In this document: positions 16,015-28,124 of the stretch, piece after piece | Position numbering within the stretch: the first letter of the stretch is position 1 | Layout: every line of letters begins with the position of its first letter | Position numbers and translations under genes: made by a program | The notes under the pieces: generated by a model | The model's database searches: none | The model's input: only the letters and a program-made list of their open reading frames with translations | Told to the model about the DNA's origin: nothing | NCBI GenBank assembly: GCA_046563655.1 | Contig: CM102286.1 | Coordinates: 6,386,001 to 6,450,000 of the forward strand | Direction: 5' to 3' | DNA: 64,000 bases | Source: Yuukianura sp. NJ FZ-2021 | Lineage: Eukaryota

Positions 16015-17472
16015 TCTGAAGGTGTTTGCTGTTTCCAGCATTCGGCATAGGGATTTATCTGTCGACTCCACTTTTACAAAACAATTATATCAAATCCTGT
16101 TTACATTTTGAACAACTTTTTGAATTTTCAATGTTATGACTCACAATATACTTGACACTTTACATAATTTCAAAATTCGGACTTAAGACTCCTTAACAAA
16201 ACAAAAATCGAATCACATTTCGACAGAAGTGAAAGTGCAGTCGGTAATGGTCAAATTCATTGGGATGTTACCGTGCTCCTGTTTTCTGAACAACTGACTT
16301 TCACTTCGTCGCAAAACTCGTTTCTAGAGTCTGCGTGCATTCCCTGCATTGTCGTTGATCTTTTTTTTTCTGTACAGATTAGTTCGCCTTGCGTACTTTC
16401 ATAATTAGACCTTCACATCGGCTTTTTCATCATAACTTCACACAAAACAGAAGTCGAAATTTCAATTTTAAAATTAAAAATGTATTGAACTAAACTAAAA
16501 TGGGATCTAACCATCTGGAAGCTTTTAAACATTTAAGTACAAAGTGGATTGATCTGAAATTCAACAAATGCATGCATAACTTTTTGTTTGTTTGTAGAAT
16601 TTGACAATTATATAGAAAAGTGTCGGCTTTCTTGTCAATTGAAAAGCTTGATCATGCTATGGGAGTTCCACTAAAATATTGACATTACAAAGAAGAATAT
16701 GGAATACTGAAGGTTATTTATTCCGTGAGCACTCCACGTACTAAAATAGTCATTAGATAAACGCCGCGTGTCAGTTTTAAACGTGTTTCATGTTGCTTTT
16801 GTTCAAAGAACTCAGGCTAAATGGGATTTAGTTGGATTTAAAACGTAGCTCTACAAAAGCTTCTAAACCCACAATGTAATAATTCCATTTTGTGGTTTAA
16901 CATAGTTACGCCAGTTTACCACCTAACCTAATCAATCACAGTTACCAAAGTTCTGTTCTGCTTTTGTGAAGAAACATGATAAAAATTTAGTGTGCGGCTG
17001 AAGCATTTTGCTTTTTACCGAAGTTGGACTTGATGTTGCATGAGGTTTTTCCAAGACTTGTTGCTGCAACGTAGGTGTGGAATCCCAAAGTACCAATTGT
17101 TTACCTGGACCAATTCAGTGTCACACGGCAGTTCAAGAGCAGGGAAGGCAAGGTTTCCTAACATTCAATATATCGTTATCAATTGTCAATTGTCAATTTA
17201 TGTGTCAACATAGGAAAGCTTGTGTGCAGGTAGAAACTGATTAGAAGTTTAGGAGTGATGCACAGTATGAACATAACCTACAGACGACGCTTGAAGTTAG
17301 GAGAGGCTTGTCCAAAATTGAATTGCTCCGAAAGTTAAAAATTTAGAGTTGCACTTGAATTGTTTTTGTGGTATCATTAGTTGATTCAAATACGCAGTTG
17401 ATGCAGTTGTGATTTGGAAAAATATTTTGAAATTGGCAACTTCATCATGGAGAACTTTTGTAACTTTGTAGG

Positions 17473-20134
17473 ATGTGGACTATCAAAGTGAGTCCAAACA
17501 TTGGTCACAACATGAAGTACATCACGATAGAACCGGCCATGTTTCTCCAAATGGCTGGAGACACACTCAACTACGTCATTTACCAGAACTTATTTATAGA
17601 AAAGGTGAGCAAACAATCCTACTTCAATCTTCAATTTGCCGAAATTTTCAACTTTTAAGAAAAAAATTCAGAATTTTGGAATGTTATTTCCCATTTTGCT
17701 TTAGATTTGTCTAACGGAGCTTCACTATACCAAAGAAATATGCAAAGCCTACTCCGAAATGAGCAAAATGGAACACGATGATCCTAGGCAGGAGATGCTG
17801 AAGCCCATTGTAAATGAGATACAGGTTAGTTTTCAAACAAAGTTGTTTTTTTAGAATTCTGATTTTGAGTTTTGGAATTTCGAAAAAGTTATTTGAGCAC
17901 ATTTTTTTGTTGTTTGACTTTCTTCAGCAAGCGTCGTCGAACTTTGTGCTGTATAATTCCCTGGTAGAGAATTCCTTTCCCGTCTTCCTCGTCCTGTTTC
18001 TCGGTGTCTGGAGTGATGCAAAACGCCGCAGAAAACCGCCACTTCTGCTTTCTCTTCTGGGGAAACTACTGAAAGCTTGTGGCCTATTTCTCAATGCTTG
18101 GTTCATGGAATGGCCCACCATCTACCTACTACTCATGGCTGCTCTACCGCACAGTCTTGGTGGAGCCAATGCCGTATTTCACATGGCTGCTTTCAGGTAA
18201 TCTCAAATTGTCGTAAACGTTCCAACAAGTGGCCGAGAAATACAGACATATCCGTCAAATCATGTCTGAAACATTAAGAAAACTATTGTAGACGAAGTGA
18301 TTCCTAGGATTTCTGCAGATTTTCCAATATTAGCGCTGATTTTCAATTTTCTATGTGTCCAAAGCGGAGTTTTGTCTAAAATTGGTATAAATGAAAAAAA
18401 AATGGCGGGGTTTTTGTTTCGAATTTAAAAAAATTTTTGTTGTTATTTTAGTTATATTGCCGACACAAGCACACCGAGAAACCGAACTTGGCGACTGGGA
18501 TTGGCCGAAGCATTTTGGCAACTAGGCACGCCGACTGGTTTAGTACTAGGAGCATTCTTGTACCGGAAGGGCGGCTACCTATGGGTGTTTGGAACCAGCG
18601 TATGTTTTCATCTCATTGGGGTACTGTACACATCATTCCTTCTTCAGGAAGTACCGAAACCTAGAAAGTCTCAGTATATGGTTGGGAAACATGGTTGTTA
18701 CGGTACTTGGGAGAATTCGTTTGACGCCGGTGCAACAACGAAGCGAATTCGCTATTACAGTGAAAACGACAAAGAACCGTCAGTGTTCAGTACTGATCCA
18801 GGTTCGCCCAATAACAATTCAAACAACGACGTTCAGTCACTCCTACTGCCAAATCCACAATTCAAAGCTCCAACTGCTGCGCCAGCACAAGACAGTGACC
18901 TTGCGGAAACTGAGGTCATCAGCGTTAAGGAATTTGTCATTGGAGCAGTTCGGTCCATCTTTAAGAAACGCCCGAATCATACTCGCAAGTGCCTCCTTGC
19001 TCTTGGCTTCATCATGTTGTTGGTGGGTCTTGGTCATCACGGTAAGGTTTTGCAATTTTCAGGTTTTCAAATTCTCGTTTTTTTTTAAACAAAATTTGCA
19101 AAGTTTTGGTATCGAGAACTTTGAAACACCTAAAAAACTGATTCTTTACATTCATGATCTGTCATTTTTCTTTCGTTTAAAAAAAATTCAGGAGAGCAGG
19201 GCCTGCGATATTTGTTTGCTCGAAACAAGTTCCAATGGCGCGAGCAGCAGTTTACTACTTGGGTGATCTTTGAATCCCTAATGGTTGTCGTTGGAATTAC
19301 AATTCTGATGCCAATTGTTAGCAGAGTACTAAAACTTTCGGATCCATGCGCAGGCGCCTTCGCGGGCATTTCTAGATTTGTGTCCAGAGGAGTCTACGCC
19401 CTTGCCAATACTCCGGAGGTTCTATACCTTGGTAAATAATATGAACTTGTTAAACTCTTAATTTTTCAGTGTTCAGTTAATTTTAGTTTCAGATTGCTAA
19501 TTTTAACCGAATTTGTCAACACTTTATTTGCCATTGAGTCGATTTGTATGACGCACTTAACTTTCTGCGTATTACGAAACATAGGTACGATTGCTGAAAT
19601 ACCTGGGATTTTGTCTGGGTTATCAGCGAGGTCGCTAGCCTCAAAGTGTGTACTTCGAGATGAGAGAGGTAACAAAATTGTTACAAAACTTTTCGAAAAC
19701 TGAAATGAAATTTTGATTTTCAATACTATTTTGAACTTTTTTATTTAAACAGGAAGAGTCTTTGCATTTTTGGGTTGCATTGAGGCATTAGTGCCACTTG
19801 TTGCCGTCCCACTTTACTCCCTCGTTTACTCCTACACACTCGACACTGCTCCATCTGCAATTTACTTTCTTTCTTGTGCAATCTACTTTACGATATTTGT
19901 TATGTTTGTGTAAGTGAATTGAATACTTTTTGATATTTTTAAAAACCATTTTGGACAAGATTTTGCAAAACTCAAGTTTTTGTGTTTGTTTTTAGAATAC
20001 TGTTTGTTGCAATGAAAATGAAAATTGTGCAGTTCACTGGAACGGACATGTCGTCCCTCATGGACCCGCCTGTTGGATTGACCATTCCCGGTACAAATAT
20101 TCCCTACTGCTACCGAAGAACTAGTTTATCCTAA
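17473..20134 (+). CDS. MFS transporter, SLC46/proton-coupled folate transporter-like
   Basis: ITIEPAMFL...QNLFIEK+IC N-terminus, FLGVWSDAKRRRKPPLLLSLLG (MFS motif A region), SYIADTS...RTWRLG, RSLASKCV..DERGRVFAFLGCIEAL. About 12 hydrophobic segments; stop TAA 20132-20134. Confidence 0.85.
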
Positions 20135-21145
20135 TCTTGTATTCGCTGTTTTTCATAACTTTATCATCGAAATAAAATTTATGTACGTATTAATATCGAT
20201 GATATAATGAATTGTTTACATTCACTATCGGTTTTTACGCTCACTTGCGCCGTTCCTTTGAGAGAAATGTTTTCACTTTAGTTATTTTGAAAATATTATC
20301 GATTTGATTCATTATTCATACTTTGTTGCGTAGCAGCTGAAATAGTCAAAATATTTTGATCAAAAAGTGAAAAGGTAAAAAGGTAAAAAAAAATCGAAAA
20401 TGCTAACCATACAAAGAGTAGATTTGGTTTGGTTAGCCTAAGTTACCTTATCTTTGGTTGACCTTTCATTGACCTTTCTACTTTTTGACTAAATTGTTTT
20501 TTGAACATGGAGCCGTTTTATTCTTCATTTCAGTTGTATGGAAATTCATATTCAGTGCAAAGGTCAATGTCAGATTCAAAAATGCTGAAGAGTTGGATTT
20601 TCATGTAGATAAAGGCGTGATGACGCGAAATAAGGCGGTTAGTTTGAATTCAAATTATGGCGGGAAGAGTAGATGTAAACAAGACACCCGATTCAAGCAA
20701 GCACCAAGACACAAGACAAGACGAGAAAAGCCGAAAAGCGAAATCATTGGCATGTTTTTTTCAGTCATTTGTTTGATTTTGATTCTTTGAATTCGCACAA
20801 CGATTAACCCGTCCCCAGTGCTAAATACCCGTGGGGCACTAAAAGCTGACGGTTACAATTTTAATCCACTTCCACTTCCACAGTGACACAGTGACTCGGA
20901 ACTCCAACCTAACTTTGGAAAATTTTTAGGTAAGTCACCACTCACCAGTCACTAGTCATTCAATTCGCTGTTTTTGTGTGAATTATTGCCTTTCCATTTA
21001 GACATTTCATTCGATCAAGTCTGTATCAGCTGTCAACGCTCAACCGGAACATTCTCTCACTGATTGATGATGGACCAATGAGAGTTTGCTGGACGACGCA
21101 TGATCGATAGAAGCGCTGAAGAGGTTGAGTAGAGGAACAACCATT

Positions 21146-24100
21146 ATGGACGGAATCCCATGCTATCCAGTTGCGTTGTCGGTAGGGTTACGATGTCCGA
21201 AATGCAAATTTTGAAACCGGCGGATAGTAATCTAATAGATCTTGATGAATTTTTTTTTTGGAAGGTGTTCACTCCATACGGAGTACAGATGAAAAAGCAC
21301 TCTCCGTGGTTTCCACAAGAATGGTGTAATGAATGGCCGCATCAAGCAAGTGCTTTGACTCTGGGAGAATCCAGTGTCATCAAGTACGGAGTGAGTTATC
21401 CTCTTCGAACTGGACTCAACGCACCAGATGAACCAACCGATTACGTAGAATCAGTGACTTTCCTGCCTTTTGACGACCCACTGGAGATTGGAAATAAAAT
21501 TGTGGAAGAAGTGTTCGTGAGTCGTGGAGTTTGTGTTATTTCTCATGGACCGCTTGGAGGGCCATCATTTTTAAAAGGAGTATACCGACCCTTGCTATCG
21601 TACGACACTGGGGTAGGAATATGTGAAGTCGTCAAAGCAAAGTTTCCCAACAAGAATTTCGGGCTAGATCTTTCCGGCGAGAAGTGTAGTAATGGTAAGG
21701 GCTTATATATTCAGTGTCTTAATAAATGCATAATGCCGCGTAATTAATCTTCAAACATTCACTTTCTCTTTTCAGTTCCGGAATCATACATTTGTCTGGC
21801 CGAGAAAGGAGGAATTTCCATTTATGCAGAAAATAACGCCGAAACTCACGTTTCTCATGTACCTGAATTTCATATTGGAAAAATCATGCCCTGCAAGTTT
21901 GGATTACTTCTCATTCCGTCAAAGGCAAAGGATCCTTCCCACACGAAGAGTATGTTCATCCTCTCGCATCCAATTAAACAAGTCAGCAAAGTTTGGATAA
22001 GGCACCGCCCTCATGCTGGTAAGTTCGCCTCCATGTGCAAATCATGACGTTTTAAGTTTGTATACTGATTAGAAATCAGTATACAAACTTAGGTAGTCAC
22101 TCGGAGTAATCACTGATTACTCGTACTCCAAGTATGTTTTGAGCTTACTGCCAGATACTTGTTTGTCTTTTAGATTACTGCGAATATGACGGAACGGAAG
22201 AGCGTCTGAGATGGTGCGAAGAAGATATTTGCATATTTTGGACTGCAAAGAACGACAAAATCATTATTCGTCGTCTCACAGCATTGGAAAAATCGGTAAC
22301 GTTTATAGAATAGTTAACCTAATAGAATACAACCTTAAATCGCTACACTATTGTTTTTACCTGAGTTAATTATTACCTTCCTTCTTAGGAAATCCTTCAA
22401 CTCTCAACGTTGAACGCCACAATGTATCAATCGAATAGCCCGGATTTGTCCAACAAACCATTTCATCTCAGTGCTAACTTTCAGGCCAGCCCTCCGTCGT
22501 CTAAACAGCCATTCACAAGATCTGCAGCCATGAAAGCTAATCGGTAAGTACTAGTAAGTTAGTAAGTAGATATGCAGTAAATGAGTTTATCTGTTCGTCT
22601 TAAGGACGAACTTTGCTGAATTTCAGGATTTAACTCTTTTTTTATTTTGAATTTTAGAGATACTGGATCGTTTACGTTCTGGCCTACTTTTGACTTTGGA
22701 ACCAGTGGTTCCTCGAGCACCAGTATCGGCGTAGGGTTTTATCCGCCGCATGTCTGCATCTACGATGATCCTGAAATCTACTTGAAGCCACTATTTCAAA
22801 TTGATTTACCAAAAACATCTTGGAAACAACCAAGAAAGTTCAAAGTGATAAGTGACATTCCTCTGAAAATCTCGTTATGGTTTCTGATCAAGAATACTCT
22901 CTTCTCTTATGGAATCCAAGTGGACGCTGGAGTGAAATTGGGAAACTACAACATTAAAAACATCGAAGACTTTGCTGTGCCCTGTGGATCCACCAAGTTG
23001 CCTGTGGTGATTCTGCTGGATTGTCATCGCAAACTGTCTCTCGGGTGGTTGGATGCTAATTACAGCCTAGTCTGTAAAAGCTCCTTGGAAATATTCAATT
23101 TGCTTCCTCCTGGAATAGACGTTACTACTTTTGGCATTGAGGAGATGATGTTTGGCGATACAATTATTTTCAACATGACATCCACGGATGCAACAAAATC
23201 TAATAATGGCCTAAGTACTTGCAAGGAGTATGTGAAAGTGCAGCTAAAAAACTACAGAAATAATTGTGTAGTGAGAAGCTTCATTGAGTCTTTGGAGATA
23301 GATTCAGAATTTGAAAGTGCCCTTGTGACCAAGTTGATTGCTCGACTGACCTGTCGTAACGCTGACTCGGACACCACCGATATAAAAGGAAGATTCGATA
23401 GCGTTGCAAAAGAATGGGAAGAATTCTTCAGCTCGATTTGCAGCGTCATTTCATCCGAGCCACTTAGCAAACAAGTTCAAGTCGGAAAGAAATTTGTCAA
23501 AGCAATTGCAGAATTCAGAGAGGTAGGTTTTTAATTTTAACCGTAACAACATGAGCGTTGCCCTTTAACCAAATTTTTTATTTTGTTTCCAGATTTCCAG
23601 CTTGTCCGGTTTCTTCACAGTCCACATGCGAAAATTAGATACTGTTCTGCTCCAACTCACAAGTTTTTTGCAAGCTAACTTTCCTCGGGTATGATATAAG
23701 CGAAGTAGCAGCGTACTTTGTACAATTGGGAGGACACATTGATTATACTAAAAAAAAATACTGAAATAACGGGACTTTTTTCATTTTAGGAGAATCCGAA
23801 ACAAGAAGTTCTTCCTTTACTACCGACGTTTGGATTTTTGTTACTCCAAGAGAATCCATCGTCGTTTCAAGAATTCGAACTTTTACCGGAAGTGTTGCAA
23901 ATCCTTTTGAACAAGCCAGACTCAATGGAGAACATCGAAAAATTAGTTCACATCGGCCGAAGTGAAAAGTTTATTCCAATAGTGCAGTTGCTTATAGCTG
24001 ACGTCTGCCATCGGAACAGTGGATCAATGGATTTCGGAGCTCCGCTGAACGTTTTGACTGCGACTGGGAGAACGGATTATTTGAGTGGAAGGGACACATC

Positions 24101-27100
24101 ATCTTTAGTGAAATCGCTAAGAGATTATTGGCTGGAAGAAACTGAAGAGACTGTTGCCAATTCCACTGATGAGTTAAATGAAGATCTAGCTTGGATGACT
24201 CCATTGCTGACGCTGGTAACGTTAAACGAACGTGTATTTTTAGAACATTATCGACATCGATGTGAGATTGACTGCTTTGATTAATTTTGTGTTTGCTTTT
24301 TCAGCGAATATTTTCCAAAGATCGACGCTTAGAAGAAATATGTAGAATGCTAGACTCCAGCTCCCCGTTGATTGTCGAGGCTGAGCAGAAAGCTGAGATG
24401 TCTGATCATGAATACGTTGAGGAACAAGAGAAGCATCTTCTGCAATTAGTTCAAGTCATATCGGCAGCACCGGTTGGCAGGACGGCACTAACACTTCGGA
24501 CAGACGACTCACCGTATACGAGTTTAACAAGTTTCATCTTTATCCCACAGTAAGTCTAGCAGTTGACTTAAAACCATGGGATTCCAATGGCATATTAAGA
24601 TCTAATTCATTGATTCACTTTTTATAGAATTATCTTTGCGGGAAAATGCAAAGGCAAGGGAACATCAATTGAATTGAACGAAACCGATCTACCAGCATCT
24701 TATACTCATTGGCCACAGTTTCATAACGCAGTAGCTGCTGCAATGTCTATTCGATTTACCCAACCTCCTGCAGACGCCTGGTGAGTTCATACTGGAATAC
24801 TTAACGTAACTTTTTCGATCTATTCAAAGTTTCTAAAACTCAAAATTGTCTATGTTTGTAGGTTTGCTTTCAACAAAACGAAAGTTACTGAAGGTCCTGA
24901 ACAAGCAGGAATGGTTTTGGGGTTTGGCCTCAATGGAATTCTGACAGCAATGCCACCTACTCTAAGGCATGAGTACCTCTCAAAAGAGAACTCGTTTACG
25001 ACAATGGCTATGCTTCTGGGATTAGCTGCGAATTTAGCGGGTAAGTATTGTAGACGACAGTTAATTGAAAATAAGTTAAGAGATTTTAAACAAGTTTTTT
25101 TAACCATGACGTAGGAACCGGCGACATTTCCACTTGGAAGCTGATTAGTCTTCATATTGGAGCAATGCTACCAGCATGTACTACGGAGTTAGACATTCCT
25201 CGTCTCGCAACACTAATTGCTCCAGCCTCGCTCGGACTTCTGTTCCTCGGGACACAGAATTCCTATGTGGCTAAAGTATTACTGGGAGAAATGTCTAAAA
25301 AGTTTACACCCCTAAGTTGTTTTGGCTCCAGTTCAAACAACAATTCTACTTCTGTGGCAAATCCACACGAAAATACAGGAACTACGACAGACCGTGAGGC
25401 TCACTCACTCTGCGCTGGTTTGGGTCTCGGATTTGTCAATCTTGCCAAAGGAAGAGAAAGGACGAGTGGTTTTGCGGATGACGATTTTGATGGAATCTTA
25501 AGGCGGTTTGTCGTCGGTGGTCCGAAACCAGTGATACAGCACGGAGGTATTCAATTAACACGATAATTAGTTAGATTAATCACCTCAAAATAAGGAGTTA
25601 TAATCACAGTAAATTGCTTTAGATGAAGGAGACGAGCGGAACAATCCAGCGGAACAAACTTTGCCATCAATGTGGGAGGAATATCGCTGTTGCCATATTG
25701 AAGAAGGAGATAATGTAAATGTGGACGTCACAACACCGTCAGCTATTATCGCTGTAGCCTTAACATATCTGCGAAGTAAGTTGCTGTTGCAACCCGTTAT
25801 AACTTGTAACCTAGTTGCGATAATTGCTTTAACTATACTTCTGGTTTATCATTGTAGCTGGAAACGAGGCAGTACTGAATTGGCTGGCTCCTCCAGGGAC
25901 ATTGCATTTGCTGGACGGAGTCCGGCCTGATTTGCTCACACTTCGATCTCTTGCGTCCATTTTGGTTTTTGATGCTATAGTGAAACCTGAAGTTTGGTGG
26001 TTGGAATTCAAGCTTTTACCGAAAACATTACAGGATAATGCGTTACAAATTCCAAAGGAATTTACTCGTCTCAATCACGAAAGTATAAAGTAGGTTAATC
26101 TCAGCTTAACTTTCTAACAGAGTTTCCATAAATGAACAATAATGTCATGATTTTTTTTTGGCTTTAGTCAATGCTGGGCTTCAATTGTTTGCGGATATTG
26201 CCTTGGACTTGGAATTCGCTTTGCAGGGACATCCGACAACACCGTGCAAACATCCATTCGTCACTACATTGATCTCTTCCTGAAGTTATCCTCTAAAGAA
26301 TCGAAGCTCTCAGAATTTTTTCCAAAGAATTTCTTGGAATCCTGCATTTGCAATCTCGTCTTGGCTTCTGCCCTAGTTTTGGCCGGAACTGGCAAACTTT
26401 GTGTTCTCAGACTCTGTCGATACTTGCAACGGAAAGTATCCTTGACACCAGCAACAGCATCCAGTACATCATATGGACTGGAAATGTGCATCTCAATGGC
26501 CACTGGAATTCTGTTCCTTGGTGGAGGGCGGTATTCCTTATCGAATGATGACAAAAGTATTGCGATGCTTCTGGCTGCTGTATTTCCGAAATGGCCGATA
26601 AATGCCAACGATAACAGGTAATTTAATAAATTAACTTTAATTAATTAAATTAAGCTATTTTGAAAATTTTGTTTTCCCAGGTACCACATGCAGGCGCTCC
26701 GCTATTTATATATTTTGGCAGCACAACCTCGACTCATCCTGCCCAAGCCAATGCCATTGGGAACTCCGCTAGTATTTGAGATTGATTTTGTCGATGGAGG
26801 GGTCCAGACAGTTCCAGCTCCAGTCCTACTTCCCCCATTTTATCTCATCAAAAAGGCAAGATTTATTTGAAAAGTTTTACAAAGGTTACGAACAAAGTAA
26901 TAAAATGCCTGTTTTTTGCAGATTCGAATGGAGCACGATGAGTATTTTCCGGTAGAATTTCAACTTCCTAGAGATTTGCCGTATTTGAACAAGATTGTGG
27001 AGAACCGCGGCATTTTGAACTTAACAAAAAAGCCAATAGCTTCTGCCAATTATGGATTCGTTCGTGAAATGAGTTGGCGACAAGACACAGTAAGTCCGAG

Positions 27101-27601
27101 ACAATAGTATTTAACTTTGCATATATTTTCTTTTCGTCAGTATTACGTACGATATTATCATAACAATATTTACAAACGTTTTATATTAACAGAATTTCAA
27201 TTCACTATTTGAAATTGACGCATTCACACCAGCAAAAGAAGCTAAGAAAATTAGAGAACTCAATCTAGTTCATCAACTAGCGGAATGGAGTGGAATGAAG
27301 GAAATCGTGTCTCCAGTACTCAACTTGCTAAACGTAAGGAACTCGTTTAATATAAAGAAATATTCGAATTAAATTCGAAATCTTTGTAACTATGAAAACT
27401 TAACAAAAATAACAGGCAGATCCAGCAAATGAAACGGTGGTTTGGCAAATCCGTATTCTACAATGGTGGACAGAAGTGAGCTGTACCAAGAAAATCTCTA
27501 CATGCTTTCCAGCCGACCTCCTGATGCTGCTGAGAACACGAGAAGGTCACTTAATCGACATAACAAAGCCTACCTCTAAACCTCTTCCGAATTACATCTA
27601 G
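21146..27601 (+). CDS. ANAPC1: Anaphase-promoting complex subunit 1 (divergent)
   Basis: FSKDRRLEEICRMLDSS, EMSDHEYVEEQEKHL, WPQFHNAVAAA, EQAGMVLGFGLNG, REAHSLCAGLGLGFVNLAKG, IEEGDNVNVDVTTPS, LGIRFAGT, DNRYHMQALRYLYILA (PC repeats). Last exon 27416-27601 contains VWQIRIL and ends TAG 27599-27601. Start at ATG 21146 is inferred from splicing to VFTPYG. Confidence 0.9.
22053..22122. repeat. Two adjacent perfect hairpins in an APC1 intron
   Basis: TAAGTTTGTATACTGATT-aga-AATCAGTATACAAACTTA (18-bp stem, 22053-22091) and GAGTAATCA-c-TGATTACTC (22104-22122). Confidence 0.9.
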
Positions 27602-27602
27602 T

Positions 27603-28124
27603 TCAGTAGTATTTAATAAATTGAAGACTGCGACTGCGTCCTGTCTTCAAGCTCGATTTTCTTGCAGCAGCGGCCCGGTAACTAAGATCGAAATCATCTG
27701 CAATACGACGCAACTCCTGTCCAATGCGTTCTGGAGAATCAAGTGCTGAGCAGGACACCGTTGCACGGCGTGGTCGTGGTGTATTGGTTCCAGGAATGTC
27801 AACAGCATCTGACCGTGGAATGTCTCTGTCTGCCGACGGTGGCAAAGAGGCAATGAGATCCGGAAGTTCACGTCGTCGACAGTTTCGGCATAAGATTTCT
27901 GCAACAAACAAGAAATTGGATTGTTTACAGTTTAAATCCTCTACCAAACGCCAATCCTCCAAAACCGCAACAATTTTTCGTAGGTAAGTATTTCTAGTTA
28001 ATCTACGATTTAAATTACCTTGTAAGAATGGCGAAGAAGAAAGCAAGGACGGAGATGCATCTGGAGGACTCCAGCCAATCCACGGTGGTGGCGCAGAAAT
28101 AATATTTACTGGTGACGACCTCAT
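27603..28124 (-). CDS. Putative BH3-only pro-apoptotic protein (BAD/BIM-like), ~133 aa if the 120-nt intron 27899-28018 is spliced
   Basis: ATG 28124 with an in-frame upstream stop. CAAG|GTAATT donor and TTGTTGCAG acceptor are in compatible phase. Disordered Pro/Ser-rich chain with SPERIGQELRRIADDFDLSY (BH3 pattern h-x-x-x-L-R-x-h-[AG]-D-x-F); no BH1/BH2 or TM segment. Confidence 0.7.
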   Translation of the reverse strand: MRSSPVNIISAPPPWIGWSPPDASPSLLSSSPFLQGNLNRRLTRNTYLRKIVAVLEDWRLVEDLNCKQSNFLFVAEILCRNCRRRELPDLIASLPPSADRDIPRSDAVDIPGTNTPRPRRATVSCSALDSPERIGQELRRIADDFDLSYRAAAARKSSLKTGRSRSLQFIKYY

